Source: an uncultured Planctomycetota bacterium
GTDB taxonomy: Bacteria > Planctomycetota > Planctomycetia > Gemmatales > Gemmataceae
DNA: 64,000 bases
Assembly (NCBI GenBank): GCA_963849325.1
Contig: CAWKHF010000004.1
Location: forward strand, 224,001 to 288,000
Reading direction: 5' to 3'
Part shown: positions 18,336-28,234 of the stretch, piece by piece
Layout: every line of letters begins with the position of its first letter
Position numbering within the stretch: position 1 is the stretch's first letter
Program-made: the position numbers and the translations under genes
Notes under the pieces: model-generated
Told to the model about the DNA's origin: nothing
What the model saw: the letters and a program-made list of their open reading frames with translations, nothing else
Database searches by the model: none

Positions 18336-20105
18336 ATGCTCCGTTTCCGCGTCTACAATCGGCAAGAACGCCAGGAAGTCGAGCACCCTTCCGGCCCCAT
18401 CGAGTTCGGGCGCGGCGGGCCGCGCAACAATGTGCCGCGCTGCATCATCCAGGATCTGTACGTCTCCAAGGACCACATCCGCGTCGTCGAACTGGAGAAC
18501 GGAAAGGTCCGCGTCGAAAACCTCAGCCAGCGCAATTCGATCCGCCTGGCCGACAACAGCGTCATCGCCACCGGCAGCAGCCGCGAGGTGACGACGCCGA
18601 TCCATCTCACGGTCGGCGAGACCACACTGGAGATCGACGGACCCGGACCCGGTTCCGGGGAACGACTGCTGCAAACCATCGCCACGCCCTTGCCCTACCG
18701 GACGGACCACTCCACGCACCGCAGTCTGATGGACCTGGGCCGGTCGCCCACGCCGGAGACGCTGGCCCGGTGGTTCGAGACGGTCATCGCCGTGCAGCGT
18801 TCCGCGGCCGGCTCGCCGGAGTTCTACCAGCAGACGGCGCGAGCGGTGGTCACACTGGTCGGGCTGGATCGAGGCATGGTCCTGCTGCGCCGCGAGGGCC
18901 GTTGGATGGTGCAGGCGCGCTACCCCGAGGACGCGGACTACCCCGGCCGCGAGTTCAGCCTGACTACGATTGAGCGCGTCGAGCGCGAACGGCGCACTTT
19001 CTTTCACACCGCCGAATCGATGCCGTCGGCGACGGAGAGCCTGCAAGGCGTCGAGGCGGTCGCCGCCTCGCCGGTCTTCGACTCCAACGATCAGGTAGTC
19101 GGGGCCGTCTACGGCATCCGCAATCGCCTGACGCCCCATGCCGGCCTGGGCATCGGTTCGCTGGAAGCGCAGGTGTTGCAGCTGCTGGCCTCGGCGGTCG
19201 GCGTCGGCCTGGCCCGGCAGGAGCAGGAAGCGCGGGCCACGCGCCGACTGGTGCAGTTGGAGCAGTTCTTCCCCGGCGACCTGGCCCGTGAGATGGAGCA
19301 AAACCCGCATGTCCTCGACGGCCAGGAACGCGAGGTGACGGTGCTGTTCAGCGACATCCGCGGCTTTTCGCGGACGTCGGAACGGCTCGGCCCCAGCGAC
19401 ATTTGCCGCCTCGTCTCGGATGTCATGGAACGCCTGACGGCCCGCGTGCAGGAGACGGGCGGCGTCGTGGTCCACTACGCTGGCGATGGTTTGATGGCCT
19501 TGTGGAATGCGCCCAAAGACGTGCCCGATCACGCGGCGCGGGCTTGCCGGGCCGCGCTGGCGATGCAGGCCGACCTGCCGTCGTTGGACGCCGAATGGAA
19601 GGCGCGGCTCGGCGGGCCGGTGCGGCTGGGCATCGGCCTGAACACCGGCCTCGCCCTGTGCGGCAACACCGGCAGTAAGAAGAAGTTTCATTACGGCGCC
19701 CTGGGCCACGCCGTCAATCTGGCCAGCCGCGTCGAGGGCGCCACCAAGCAGCTCGGCACCCCGATCCTGATTACCGGCTCGACGCACGCCCAGATCGGCG
19801 ACGGCTTCGCCACGCGGCGGCTGTGCCGGGCGCGCCTGGTCGGCATCGACGGCGCCAACGACCTGCACGAGTTGCACGCGGAAAACGCCACGGAGGACTG
19901 GCGCGAATGGCACGCGACCTACGAACGCGGGCTGGCCCTGTACGAGGCCGGACGCTTTCTGGAGGCGTGCCGCACGCTGCACACGCTGTTGTTCGGCGAA
20001 TCCGAGCACGACCGTCCCACGCTGAAGTTGCTGGCCCGCGCCACGCAGGCGCTGTGCGAACCGCCCGAGCACTTCGACCCGGTAATTGACCTGGACTACA
20101 AATAG
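18336..20105 (+). CDS. FHA-like/GAF/class III nucleotide cyclase with C-terminal TPR-like helix
   Basis: VLFSDIRGFS, YAGDGLMALW, IGIGLNTG-like segment, GHAVNLASRVEG. Confidence 0.9.
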   Translation: MLRFRVYNRQERQEVEHPSGPIEFGRGGPRNNVPRCIIQDLYVSKDHIRVVELENGKVRVENLSQRNSIRLADNSVIATGSSREVTTPIHLTVGETTLEIDGPGPGSGERLLQTIATPLPYRTDHSTHRSLMDLGRSPTPETLARWFETVIAVQRSAAGSPEFYQQTARAVVTLVGLDRGMVLLRREGRWMVQARYPEDADYPGREFSLTTIERVERERRTFFHTAESMPSATESLQGVEAVAASPVFDSNDQVVGAVYGIRNRLTPHAGLGIGSLEAQVLQLLASAVGVGLARQEQEARATRRLVQLEQFFPGDLAREMEQNPHVLDGQEREVTVLFSDIRGFSRTSERLGPSDICRLVSDVMERLTARVQETGGVVVHYAGDGLMALWNAPKDVPDHAARACRAALAMQADLPSLDAEWKARLGGPVRLGIGLNTGLALCGNTGSKKKFHYGALGHAVNLASRVEGATKQLGTPILITGSTHAQIGDGFATRRLCRARLVGIDGANDLHELHAENATEDWREWHATYERGLALYEAGRFLEACRTLHTLLFGESEHDRPTLKLLARATQALCEPPEHFDPVIDLDYK

Positions 20106-20113
20106 GGAGGACC

Positions 20114-21517
20114 ATGCGCCACTTCGCTTGCCTGTGCTGGATGCTGGCCCTGGGATGCGGCTCGACGGAGACGCCCGCGCAACCCGCCGCGTCCCAGGCC
20201 GCGCTACCGTCGGACCTGCGCACGCGCGTCACAGGGAGCGATTGGCCGCGCTTCCTCGGACCGAGCGGCGACAGCGTTTCCACTGAGAAGGGCATCGTGT
20301 CGCCCTGGCCGGAGGCGGGGCCGCGCCTCGTCTGGCACCGGCGCCTCGGCGAGGGTTACGGCATGCCGGCCATCCGTCGCGGCCGGCTGTTCGTCTTCGA
20401 TCGCGCTCAAGACCGCGCCCGCCTCCGCTGCTGGAAGAGCGAGACCGGCGAGCCGCTGTGGGCCTTCGACTATCCCACCGATTACAAGGACCTGTACAAC
20501 TACAACGGCGGACCGCGCTGCTGTCCCGTGGTGGACGACGATCGCGTCTACATTTACGGTGTCGAAGGCATGTTGCACTGCCTCCGCGCCGAGGATGGCA
20601 AGGTGCTCTGGAAGGTCGATACCGTTTCGGAATTCCACGTCCTGCAAAACTTCTTTGGCGTCGGCAGCACGCCCGTCATTGAGGGCGATTTGCTTCTCGT
20701 CCAGGTCGGCGGCAGTCCGCGAGACGACCCGGCGAAGACCATCTACGATCGGCCCAGGTCCGATGGCAGCAGCCTGGTCGCCTTCGAGAAACATACCGGC
20801 AAGGTCCGCTATCGTGCCGGCGACGAGTTGGCCGGTTACGCCGGCCCGGTGCTGGCGACAGTCGGCGGACGACGCTGGTGCTTCCTCTTCGCTCGCGGCG
20901 GTCTGCTCGGTCTGGACCCGACCAACGGCAAGGTCGATTTCCACTACCCCTGGCGGGCCCGCGTCCTCGAAAGCGTCAACGCCAGCAACCCCGTCGTCGT
21001 CGGCGACCGCGTTTTCCTCTCCGAGACCTACGGTCCCGGCAGCGCACTCTTGGAGATCAAGCCGGGCGCGTGCAAGGAGGTATGGACCGACAAGGACAAG
21101 GGTCTGCGCGAAAAGAGCATGCAATGCCACTGGAACACGCCTATCGCCGTGGACGGCTACCTGTATGGATGCAGCGGCCGGCACCTGGAAAACGCCGAGC
21201 TGCGCTGCATCGAGTGGGCCACCGGCAAGGTCATGTGGCGCAAGCGCGGCCTGACCCGTACCTCGCTGTTGCTCGTGGACAAGCACTTCATCTGCCTGGG
21301 CGAAGATGGTATCCTGCGGCTGCTGAAAGTGAATCCGGAGAAGTACGAGGAGGTGTCGAGCGTCGAGTTGAAGCTGCCGGGCGCGGACGGCAAACCCGAT
21401 CCACAGGCGGGGCCGCTGCTGCGCGAGCCTTGCTGGGCGGCGCCGATTTTGTCGCACGGTCTGCTGTACCTGCGCGGGGCCGACCGCCTCGTCTGCCTGG
21501 AACTGATTCCGAAATAG
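20114..21517 (+). CDS. PQQ-like beta-propeller lipoprotein
   Basis: LALGC lipobox, DWPRFLGP, repeated DGKVLW/TGKVMW, WAAPILSHGLLYLR. Confidence 0.85.
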   Translation: MRHFACLCWMLALGCGSTETPAQPAASQAALPSDLRTRVTGSDWPRFLGPSGDSVSTEKGIVSPWPEAGPRLVWHRRLGEGYGMPAIRRGRLFVFDRAQDRARLRCWKSETGEPLWAFDYPTDYKDLYNYNGGPRCCPVVDDDRVYIYGVEGMLHCLRAEDGKVLWKVDTVSEFHVLQNFFGVGSTPVIEGDLLLVQVGGSPRDDPAKTIYDRPRSDGSSLVAFEKHTGKVRYRAGDELAGYAGPVLATVGGRRWCFLFARGGLLGLDPTNGKVDFHYPWRARVLESVNASNPVVVGDRVFLSETYGPGSALLEIKPGACKEVWTDKDKGLREKSMQCHWNTPIAVDGYLYGCSGRHLENAELRCIEWATGKVMWRKRGLTRTSLLLVDKHFICLGEDGILRLLKVNPEKYEEVSSVELKLPGADGKPDPQAGPLLREPCWAAPILSHGLLYLRGADRLVCLELIPK

Positions 21518-21558
21518 CCGCTTGCGGCTTAGCGTTCGCCGGCCTGCTAAGCCGCAAG
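21515..21558. repeat. REP-like palindrome type E (degenerate), supplies TAG stop
   Basis: TAGCCGCTTGCGGCTTAGC...GCTAAGCCGCAAG. Confidence 0.7.
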
Positions 21559-21722
21559 GTAGCGATTCACGGGCGTAGTCGCATCCCTACGACCACCAAC
21601 GGCGCGCACCCTCACGCAGGCCAACCTGTAGTCGCCGCCTTTGGTCTAGACAATGGGGTCCACTTGAGGAGCCGACGGAGGCCGCAGGCCCGTCGCGGCT
21701 GGATTGGTCCTGGAGAGCACCC

Positions 21723-22805
21723 ATGAACGGTTTCACGGTTCGCAACGACCCCTGTACGTTCGACTTTCTCGCCCTGGGGGCACTCATCCATCGCCTCGAT
21801 CCAGGCGTGGTCCCTTTTCGCAAGGCCCGTTCGTTCGACATCCATGTCTCCGGCGGCGAGTACAACGTCGCCGCGGGGCTGTCGGATTGCTTCGGCCTGC
21901 GGACGGCCCTCGCCACCGCCATGGTCAACTACGGTATCGGCGAACTGGTGCAGACGCGCCTGCGCGAAACGGGAGTCACGCCGTTTTACAAGTGGTTCGA
22001 GCACGATGGCGTGCGCGGACCGAATATCGCCACCGTTTACAGCGACCGCGGCCAGGGCGTGCGCGCCCCCGTCGTCTTCTACAACCGCGCCAACGAGGCC
22101 GGCGCCCTGCTCAAGCCCGGCGACTTCGACTGGTCGGTCCTCTGCGCCGGCGGCGTCCGCTGGTTCCACTCCGGCGGCATCTTCGCTTCCCTGTCCGAGA
22201 CCACCTCGGAACTGATCGTCGAGGGCATGCAGGCCGCCCGATCCGCCGGCGCCGTCGTCTCCTTCGACCTCAATTATCGAGCGAAATTGTGGGCGTCGGC
22301 CGGAGGGCTGGAACGCGCCCAGCAAGTGCTCCGTCGCATCGTCGCCAACGTGGACGCACTGATCGGCAACGAAGAGGACCTGCAAAAGGGACTCGGCATT
22401 GCCGGTCCCGACGTGACGACCCGGTCCCAGCTCGATCCCGACACGTTCTTCCGCATGATCGATCGCGTCGTCGAACAGTTTCCCAACATCAAGCTGGTGG
22501 CGACGACGTTGCGCGAAGTGCATTCGACCAATCGCCACGACTGGGCAACGGTGTTGTGGCTGCAAGGTCAGCGCTTCGTCAGTCCGACGTGTCACCTGGA
22601 TGTCATCGACCGTATCGGCGGCGGCGATGGTTTCGCCGCCGGCGTGATTTACGGCCTGATCACCGGACGATCGCCGGAAGAGTCTCTCCGCCTCGGTTGG
22701 GCGCACGGCGCGCTGCTGACCACCTATCACGGCGACGTGACCATGGCCCGGCTGGAAGAGGTGGAGACGTTGGCCCGAGGCGGCTCGGCCCGCGTGCAGC
22801 GCTGA
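21723..22805 (+). CDS. kdgK: PfkB family sugar kinase, 2-keto-3-deoxygluconate kinase-like
   Basis: GGEYNVA, SFDLNYRAKLW, GNEED, DRIGGGDGFAAG. Confidence 0.85.
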   Translation: MNGFTVRNDPCTFDFLALGALIHRLDPGVVPFRKARSFDIHVSGGEYNVAAGLSDCFGLRTALATAMVNYGIGELVQTRLRETGVTPFYKWFEHDGVRGPNIATVYSDRGQGVRAPVVFYNRANEAGALLKPGDFDWSVLCAGGVRWFHSGGIFASLSETTSELIVEGMQAARSAGAVVSFDLNYRAKLWASAGGLERAQQVLRRIVANVDALIGNEEDLQKGLGIAGPDVTTRSQLDPDTFFRMIDRVVEQFPNIKLVATTLREVHSTNRHDWATVLWLQGQRFVSPTCHLDVIDRIGGGDGFAAGVIYGLITGRSPEESLRLGWAHGALLTTYHGDVTMARLEEVETLARGGSARVQR

Positions 22806-22811
22806 GAGTGT

Positions 22812-24891
22812 TTAAACGAGATACTCTTCCAGTTGGCGGAAGAGCGGACCCAGGGTCGGCTCGTAGTGCTTCCAGCGCGCCACGGAGCGGTTGTAGACGG
22901 GCTGTCGGACCTGGAGGACGCTGGCGGTGCGGATGGGACGCTGCGTGCGGTGGAACTGCAAGCAGGCCGGCTCCCACTCCAGTCCGCACCACTCCACCAA
23001 CCGCCGAGCCACACCCTCCAGGTCGCGCACCGTGTCCTCGTAATCGATGTGCAGCAGCGTCCCCGGCAGTACCCGCGACCAATGCTCCAGGATGCGGCGA
23101 TAGTCGCGGAAGCGAGCGGCGATGTGGTCCGGGTCGTTGGCCCAGCGGACCTGGTGGAAGTGCGTCATCCAGCACGACACGGCCACGTCGCGTAGATCGC
23201 GGCGGCAGTGAATGAACCTGGCACGCGGAAACAAGACGTGTAAGAGACCCAAATACATGTAATTGTCCGGCATCTTATCCGTCACGCGCCAGGCGGTGCC
23301 GTTCAGCGCGTGCAGTTTCTCCAGATGACGGCCGGCGATCTGTTGCAAGGTGGGACGGTCGAGACGCTCGAGCGCGGCAAAGCACGCGGTTTCGTCGCCG
23401 CCGGGGGCGAGGGCGTTGAAATCTTCGCGTCCCAGGCGCAGCTCGCCGGCGCCGAAGACCTGGGAATGGCTGGCGAGAATCTGTTCGAGCAGAGTGGTGC
23501 CGGAGCGCGGCAGACCGACGAGGAAGACCGGCCGCTCGCTGTCCAGACCCCAGCCGTTCACGCTCGCAAAGAACTCCGGCGTAAAGGTGGACAGAAGCCG
23601 ATCGACAAAGCGCGTGTGGGCGGCGGGTTCGTAAACTCGGCCGCACTGCCTGCGACTGGCGCTTTCGAGGGCGTTGGCCTGGCGAAGGCATTCGCCGGCC
23701 CGCTCGTAGGCACCGCGGGCGTCGTAGACGTGAGCCAGACCAAAGAGCAGCGGCGCACGCCGGGCGTCGGAACCCGCGAGGTCGGCGGCCAGCTGTTCCA
23801 TCGCCTGCACGTCCGCCTCCGGCAGCTTGCCCCGCAACAGGAAGGCGAGGTAGGCATAAGCGCCGACGTGACGCGGGTCGTACGCGCACTGCCTCGCGCA
23901 GGTGGGACTCGGCGGAGGTCAAGTCGTTCAGCTGCTCCAGTACCTGACCTAGGCTGTAGTGCCCCTCGGCGTAGCGCGGGTCCAGCCGCAGCGCCGTGCG
24001 AAAGCAGGCAAGGGCCTTTTCGTAGTCGTGACGCTCGGCCAGCGTGGTTCCGAGGTTGGCGTGGAAGCTGGCCGTGTTCGGTTCCAGGCGGATGGCCTGC
24101 TCGTGCCGGAGCACGGCGTCGTCGAGTTGACCCTGCTCGCGCAAGAGAGTGCCTATGTTGTCGTGGGCCAAGGCGAAGTTCGGCTGCCAACGCAGGGCCT
24201 CGTCGTAACAGGCCCGGGCTTCGGCCGGCTGGCCCAAAGCGGACAACACGTTGCCCAGATTGTTGTGGGCGAGAACGAGGCCCGGCTGCAAGCGAACCGC
24301 CGTCTGACAGTGTTCCAGGGCCGCGGTCAACTGCGCTTCTTGCAGGAGCATCTGTCCCAGGTTGCTGTGGGCCAGCGCCAGGTTCGCGTCCAGTTCGATG
24401 GCATGGCGGAAGTGGGCCATGGCCTGCGGGGCGTCGCCGAGCAGGCGGCAAGCGTTGCCGAGGTTGTTGTGGGCCAGGGCGAAATCCGGCCGCAGTCGTA
24501 TCGCCGTCTGGAACTGCTCGGCCGCGTCGGCCGGACGATTCTGGTCCAGGAGCACAAGGCCCAGCTGGTTGTGCCAGACAGGATTGTTCGGCCGGAACTG
24601 CAGGGCCAGGCGATAACAATTGGCGGCCAGGTCCAACTGCCCGACCGCACGATACGCATCGCCCAGGGTGGCGTGAAAGCCGGCCTCGCTCGGAAAGAGG
24701 GCGATGGCCCGCCGGATCAGCTCGATGGCTTGGTTCGGCTGGCCCATGTGCAGATGGACCAAGCCCAGCAGAGGCAGAGCGCGCGGGTGGTTGGGCTCCG
24801 ACGACAGAATATCGCGGTAGAGTCGAGCCGCCTGCTCCAGCTCGCCACGCTGATGATGCTCTAGGGCCGTCGCTAACAGGGATGAGGACAT
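22812..24891 (-). CDS. TPR-repeat sulfotransferase (Sulfotransfer_3 / tyrosylprotein sulfotransferase-like); frameshift near 23860
   Basis: About 10 TPRs (AHNNLG), then GLPRSGTTLLEQIL, DKMPDN and TASVLQVRQP. Confidence 0.9.
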
Positions 24892-24906
24892 AGTTCGATT
24901 TCGATT

Positions 24907-24980
24907 GAGGGAATAGGGAATAGGGAATAGGGAATAGGGATCGGTTTTTCTCGTCCCTATTCCCTATTCCCTATTCCCTC
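24907..24980. repeat. (GGGAATA)n/(TATTCCC)n tandem-heptamer inverted repeat
   Basis: Four GGGAATA units, a spacer, then three TATTCCC units; same unit as 10876-11004. Confidence 0.9.
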
Positions 24981-24984
24981 GTTC

Positions 24985-27825
24985 TCACATCGTCAAAATC
25001 GGGAACTGCTGAATCTGGCTCTGCTCGAATGCCAGGATCGCCGCGATGTACTGGTAGAGGTAATCGATATACATGCCCTGATCGGCGAACGAGGCAGAGG
25101 CGGAGCCGAAGGGACCGCTGTAGGAGGCGATCAGCGCGTGCGGAGAGATCAGATAGGGGAATGCCTGGGGGCTAAAGAACGGGGTGATGATGCGGGCGGT
25201 GGCCACCCCATTTTGCACGCTGGCGTTGACCGTCTGGCCGGCGACCTGGAACGTGATGACGCCCTGGTTGACCGACGAGACGCCCGGCGCCAGCACCTGA
25301 GCGGTTACCGTCTCGATCTGGAACAGGCCGAACGGATACTGGTTCTGCACGCTGGTAATGTTGACGGTGGTGGACGAGACGGGCGTGGGCGTGGGTGTGG
25401 GTGTAGGTGTGGGCGTGGGCGTGGGCGTGGACGAGAGGACGAACAGGCCGCCGGTGCCGCTGCCGTTGGCGAAGGCCGGGCTCTTGGCCGTGTCGGTGTA
25501 GACCGCCGCGATGGTGAAGGCGCCGGGTCCGTAACTCGCCGGCAACGTAACGGTCGTGGAGGCGACCCCGGTGGTGGTGTTGACCTTGGCGGTCACGGGA
25601 GGCAGAGAAAAGACCGTGAAGGCAACCTGGCCTTCCGTCACCGGCGTGCCGCCGGAAGTCAGCGTGGCCGACACGGTTATCTGCTGGCTGCTCGAACTGA
25701 ATGGGACGGTCACGTTGTTGACGTTGACGATGGTGCCCAGGTTGCCGGTCTCGACGGCGCCCAGATCGACCGGCCCGGCGGCCGGACGCGCTACGCCGCG
25801 CTGATCGACCAGGGGCAGGGTGATACCGGGGATGTTTGGATTGGCGGCGCCGACGGCTGGACTGTTCAGTTGGGGCGCCATGGTGAACTCGGGTCCGCCG
25901 TTGTTTTGCAACGGCCCCAGGTTGGGGCTGGAGAAGTTGTCGAGGATGACGGCAGGGTCGAGCACCGTGATGCCGTTGCCGTCGTGGACGGCGCTGCTGG
26001 GCACCAGGTTGGTGTTGCCGGTGATGGTGGCGGTGTTGTTGGTGGGGGCGTTGCGGTCGTAGGTGGCGTTGTTGATGAGATCATCGACGCCGGTATTTTG
26101 ACCGATGATGCTGTTGTACAAGGTCAGGGTGGCGTTTTGGGCGGTGAAGGGGTTGCTGTCGGGCGTGATGCCGTAGGCAATGCTGTAGACGCCGCCGCCG
26201 GTGCCGATGCCGTTGGGATTGGGCGAGGTGGACTTCGAGGAGCCGAGTCCCGCCAGGGCGCTGTTGCCGGCGACGGTGGCGTAGGTGAGGGTAAGGGAGC
26301 CGTTGAGGTTGAAGATGCCGCCGCCGAAGCCGTCGCCGCCGGTGCCCTGGCTGGTGAGCTTGATCGTACCCGGTATGGAACCTCCCTTGGAGGTGAAGAT
26401 GCCGGTGTTGGTGGTGGTGGAGCCGTTGACGGAGCCGCCCTCCGCGGTGTTGCCGCTGATGGTGCTGTTGACGATGTTGGCGGTGCCGAACATGTTGAAG
26501 ATGGCGCCGCCGAAACCGCCGCCGCCGCCGCCGTCGCCGCCGGCGCCGAAGCCGGCGCCGCCGTTACTGCTGCCGAAGCCGCCCGTAGCGAAGTCGGCAC
26601 CGCCGCCGCCGAAACCGCCCATGCCGAAATCTCCGCCGCCGCCGCCGCCGAAGCCGCCCTGACCGCCCGGAGCCCCAGGCAGCCCGCCCCGCCGGAACTT
26701 CCCGGTAAAGCCGAAGGGGGAGCCTTCCGCGCCGCCGCCGCCGACCCCGCCGCCGCCGCCGGCATAGCTGCCGAGAAGGCCGCCGGAGCCGAACGCGCCG
26801 CCGTGGCCTCCTTGCAGCTTGACCTTGCTCGTGTTGTTGAAGCCATCGCCGCCGCCGCCGCCATCGCCGCCGCCGCCGTTGCCGATGGTATAGTTGGTGC
26901 CGAGCTGGCTGACGCCGCCGCCGCCGCCTGGGACAAAACTGGCGGTGCCAGGGGCTCCATCTTGCGTGAAGCCGGCGCCGCCGCCGCCCGAGCCGTGAGG
27001 ATAATTGCCATTTCCGCCTTGCGGGAGCACGCCGATGTCGAAGCCCGGGGCGCCGCCGAAGCCGCCGCCGTCGCCGAAGGCGTCCGCATTGCCGCTCAGG
27101 CTGGGGTTTTGCGTGTCGGTGTTGTCGTCCATGCCGCCGCCGCCGCTGCCGATGGCGAAGCCGTTGAGCCGGGCGATACCGGACTCGCCGCCCTTGGCCG
27201 TGTTGCCGGTTAGGGTCACGCCGTCGAGGTTCAACGTACCCATGTTGAAGATGGCCCCGCCCGCCCCCATGCCGCCGCCGCCCTCGAAGCTGGCGCCGCC
27301 CACGGCGCTGCCGCCCTCCAGCGTCACGTTGTTCAGCGTCAGGTCGCCGGCCGACATGGCCGTGATGACGCCCGAAAGATTGGGACCGCCCGAAACCATG
27401 AAGAGGCGGAAGTCGGGCGTGCCGGCGGCGGTGCTACGGGCGATGGTGCTGTTGTTGCCGTTGATGGTGACGTTGTTGGTGATGACCGGCAGACCCGCGG
27501 CGCCGTACCAGTAGCCGGTCAGACCGCTGGTGCTGGCGACGTAGACCTGGTTCAGGGTGTACGTCGCTCCCGTGGCCAGGTTGATGGTGGCGCCGCCGGA
27601 GGTGGCATCCGCTTCATTGATCGCCGTAATCAGCGCCGTCGTGTCGCCGACCGTCGGCTGGCCGGGCAGCGTGCCCACGTTGATGACCGCGGCCGGCACC
27701 AGCCGCGTTTCCAGCATCTCCAGCATCGGCCGCGTGCGCGGCCGCTTCCAACGATTGCGTGCCACCGGGGTCCGGTGAGGAAACAGCCAGCGACGCAGGC
27801 GGCGCAACCACAGAGAGCGGGTCAT
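24985..27825 (-). CDS. large secreted Gly-rich surface protein (planctomycete LExRxVP motif, choice-of-anchor Q-like, Ig-like domains)
   Basis: LEMLETRLVPA, PGRS-like Gly tracts, LGPLQNNGGP...DQRGVAR...DLGAVE, (PT)n linker. Confidence 0.85.
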   Translation of the reverse strand: MTRSLWLRRLRRWLFPHRTPVARNRWKRPRTRPMLEMLETRLVPAAVINVGTLPGQPTVGDTTALITAINEADATSGGATINLATGATYTLNQVYVASTSGLTGYWYGAAGLPVITNNVTINGNNSTIARSTAAGTPDFRLFMVSGGPNLSGVITAMSAGDLTLNNVTLEGGSAVGGASFEGGGGMGAGGAIFNMGTLNLDGVTLTGNTAKGGESGIARLNGFAIGSGGGGMDDNTDTQNPSLSGNADAFGDGGGFGGAPGFDIGVLPQGGNGNYPHGSGGGGAGFTQDGAPGTASFVPGGGGGVSQLGTNYTIGNGGGGDGGGGGDGFNNTSKVKLQGGHGGAFGSGGLLGSYAGGGGGVGGGGAEGSPFGFTGKFRRGGLPGAPGGQGGFGGGGGGDFGMGGFGGGGADFATGGFGSSNGGAGFGAGGDGGGGGGFGGAIFNMFGTANIVNSTISGNTAEGGSVNGSTTTNTGIFTSKGGSIPGTIKLTSQGTGGDGFGGGIFNLNGSLTLTYATVAGNSALAGLGSSKSTSPNPNGIGTGGGVYSIAYGITPDSNPFTAQNATLTLYNSIIGQNTGVDDLINNATYDRNAPTNNTATITGNTNLVPSSAVHDGNGITVLDPAVILDNFSSPNLGPLQNNGGPEFTMAPQLNSPAVGAANPNIPGITLPLVDQRGVARPAAGPVDLGAVETGNLGTIVNVNNVTVPFSSSSQQITVSATLTSGGTPVTEGQVAFTVFSLPPVTAKVNTTTGVASTTVTLPASYGPGAFTIAAVYTDTAKSPAFANGSGTGGLFVLSSTPTPTPTPTPTPTPTPVSSTTVNITSVQNQYPFGLFQIETVTAQVLAPGVSSVNQGVITFQVAGQTVNASVQNGVATARIITPFFSPQAFPYLISPHALIASYSGPFGSASASFADQGMYIDYLYQYIAAILAFEQSQIQQFPILTM

Positions 27826-28143
27826 GGGAGCAAATCCTAGCAAGAAAGATGTCGCGGATGTACAGTCCGGAAGGAGAAGGCCCGATGAACCGCGGAGCAT
27901 GGGATGGGGTGATGCCGACTCGGCCAAGTAAGGTGAAGCGCCCCCAACACCAAAATGAACGGCCCTTCCGTCCGTAACCCAGTTCCGGCAATTTGGGTTC
28001 CATGTATGTATACCCGTTGCTTGAAAAGACCGCAATGGAAAAATGCGAAAATTAGAGAAAAGGAAGGGGCGTAAAAAGGGTAAAGGCGAGGGAGTTGAAA
28101 CAGCGAGAATAGTCGAGACGGGCGAACGGAGCCGCGCTGCTCT

Positions 28144-28202
28144 CCGAGCCGCGACCGTAAGGGAGCGGGGCTGGCCCCCGCTCCCTTACGGTCGCGGCTC
28201 GG
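28144..28202. repeat. REP-like palindrome type C variant
   Basis: CCGAGCCGCGACCGTAAGGGAGCGGGG...CCCCGCTCCCTTACGGTCGCGGCTCGG; a type E half (AAGCCGCAAGCGGCT) lies at 28220-28234. Confidence 0.85.
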
Positions 28203-28234
28203 TTGGGTCCGCTCGTTCGAAGCCGCAAGCGGCT

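Noticed and set aside
25379..25432. GGGCGT hexamer repeat
   Set aside because: It simply encodes the (PT)n linker of the surface protein.
25138..27213. Long antisense or alternate-frame ORFs (also 18231-20072, 39821-42064, 57222-58961)
   Set aside because: They overlap well-supported genes, have no motifs, and are expected in high-GC DNA.
27858..27882. GTCCGGAAGGA similar to the SRP RNA apical loop
   Set aside because: The flanking CAGG/AGCA asymmetric loops and the long stem are missing.
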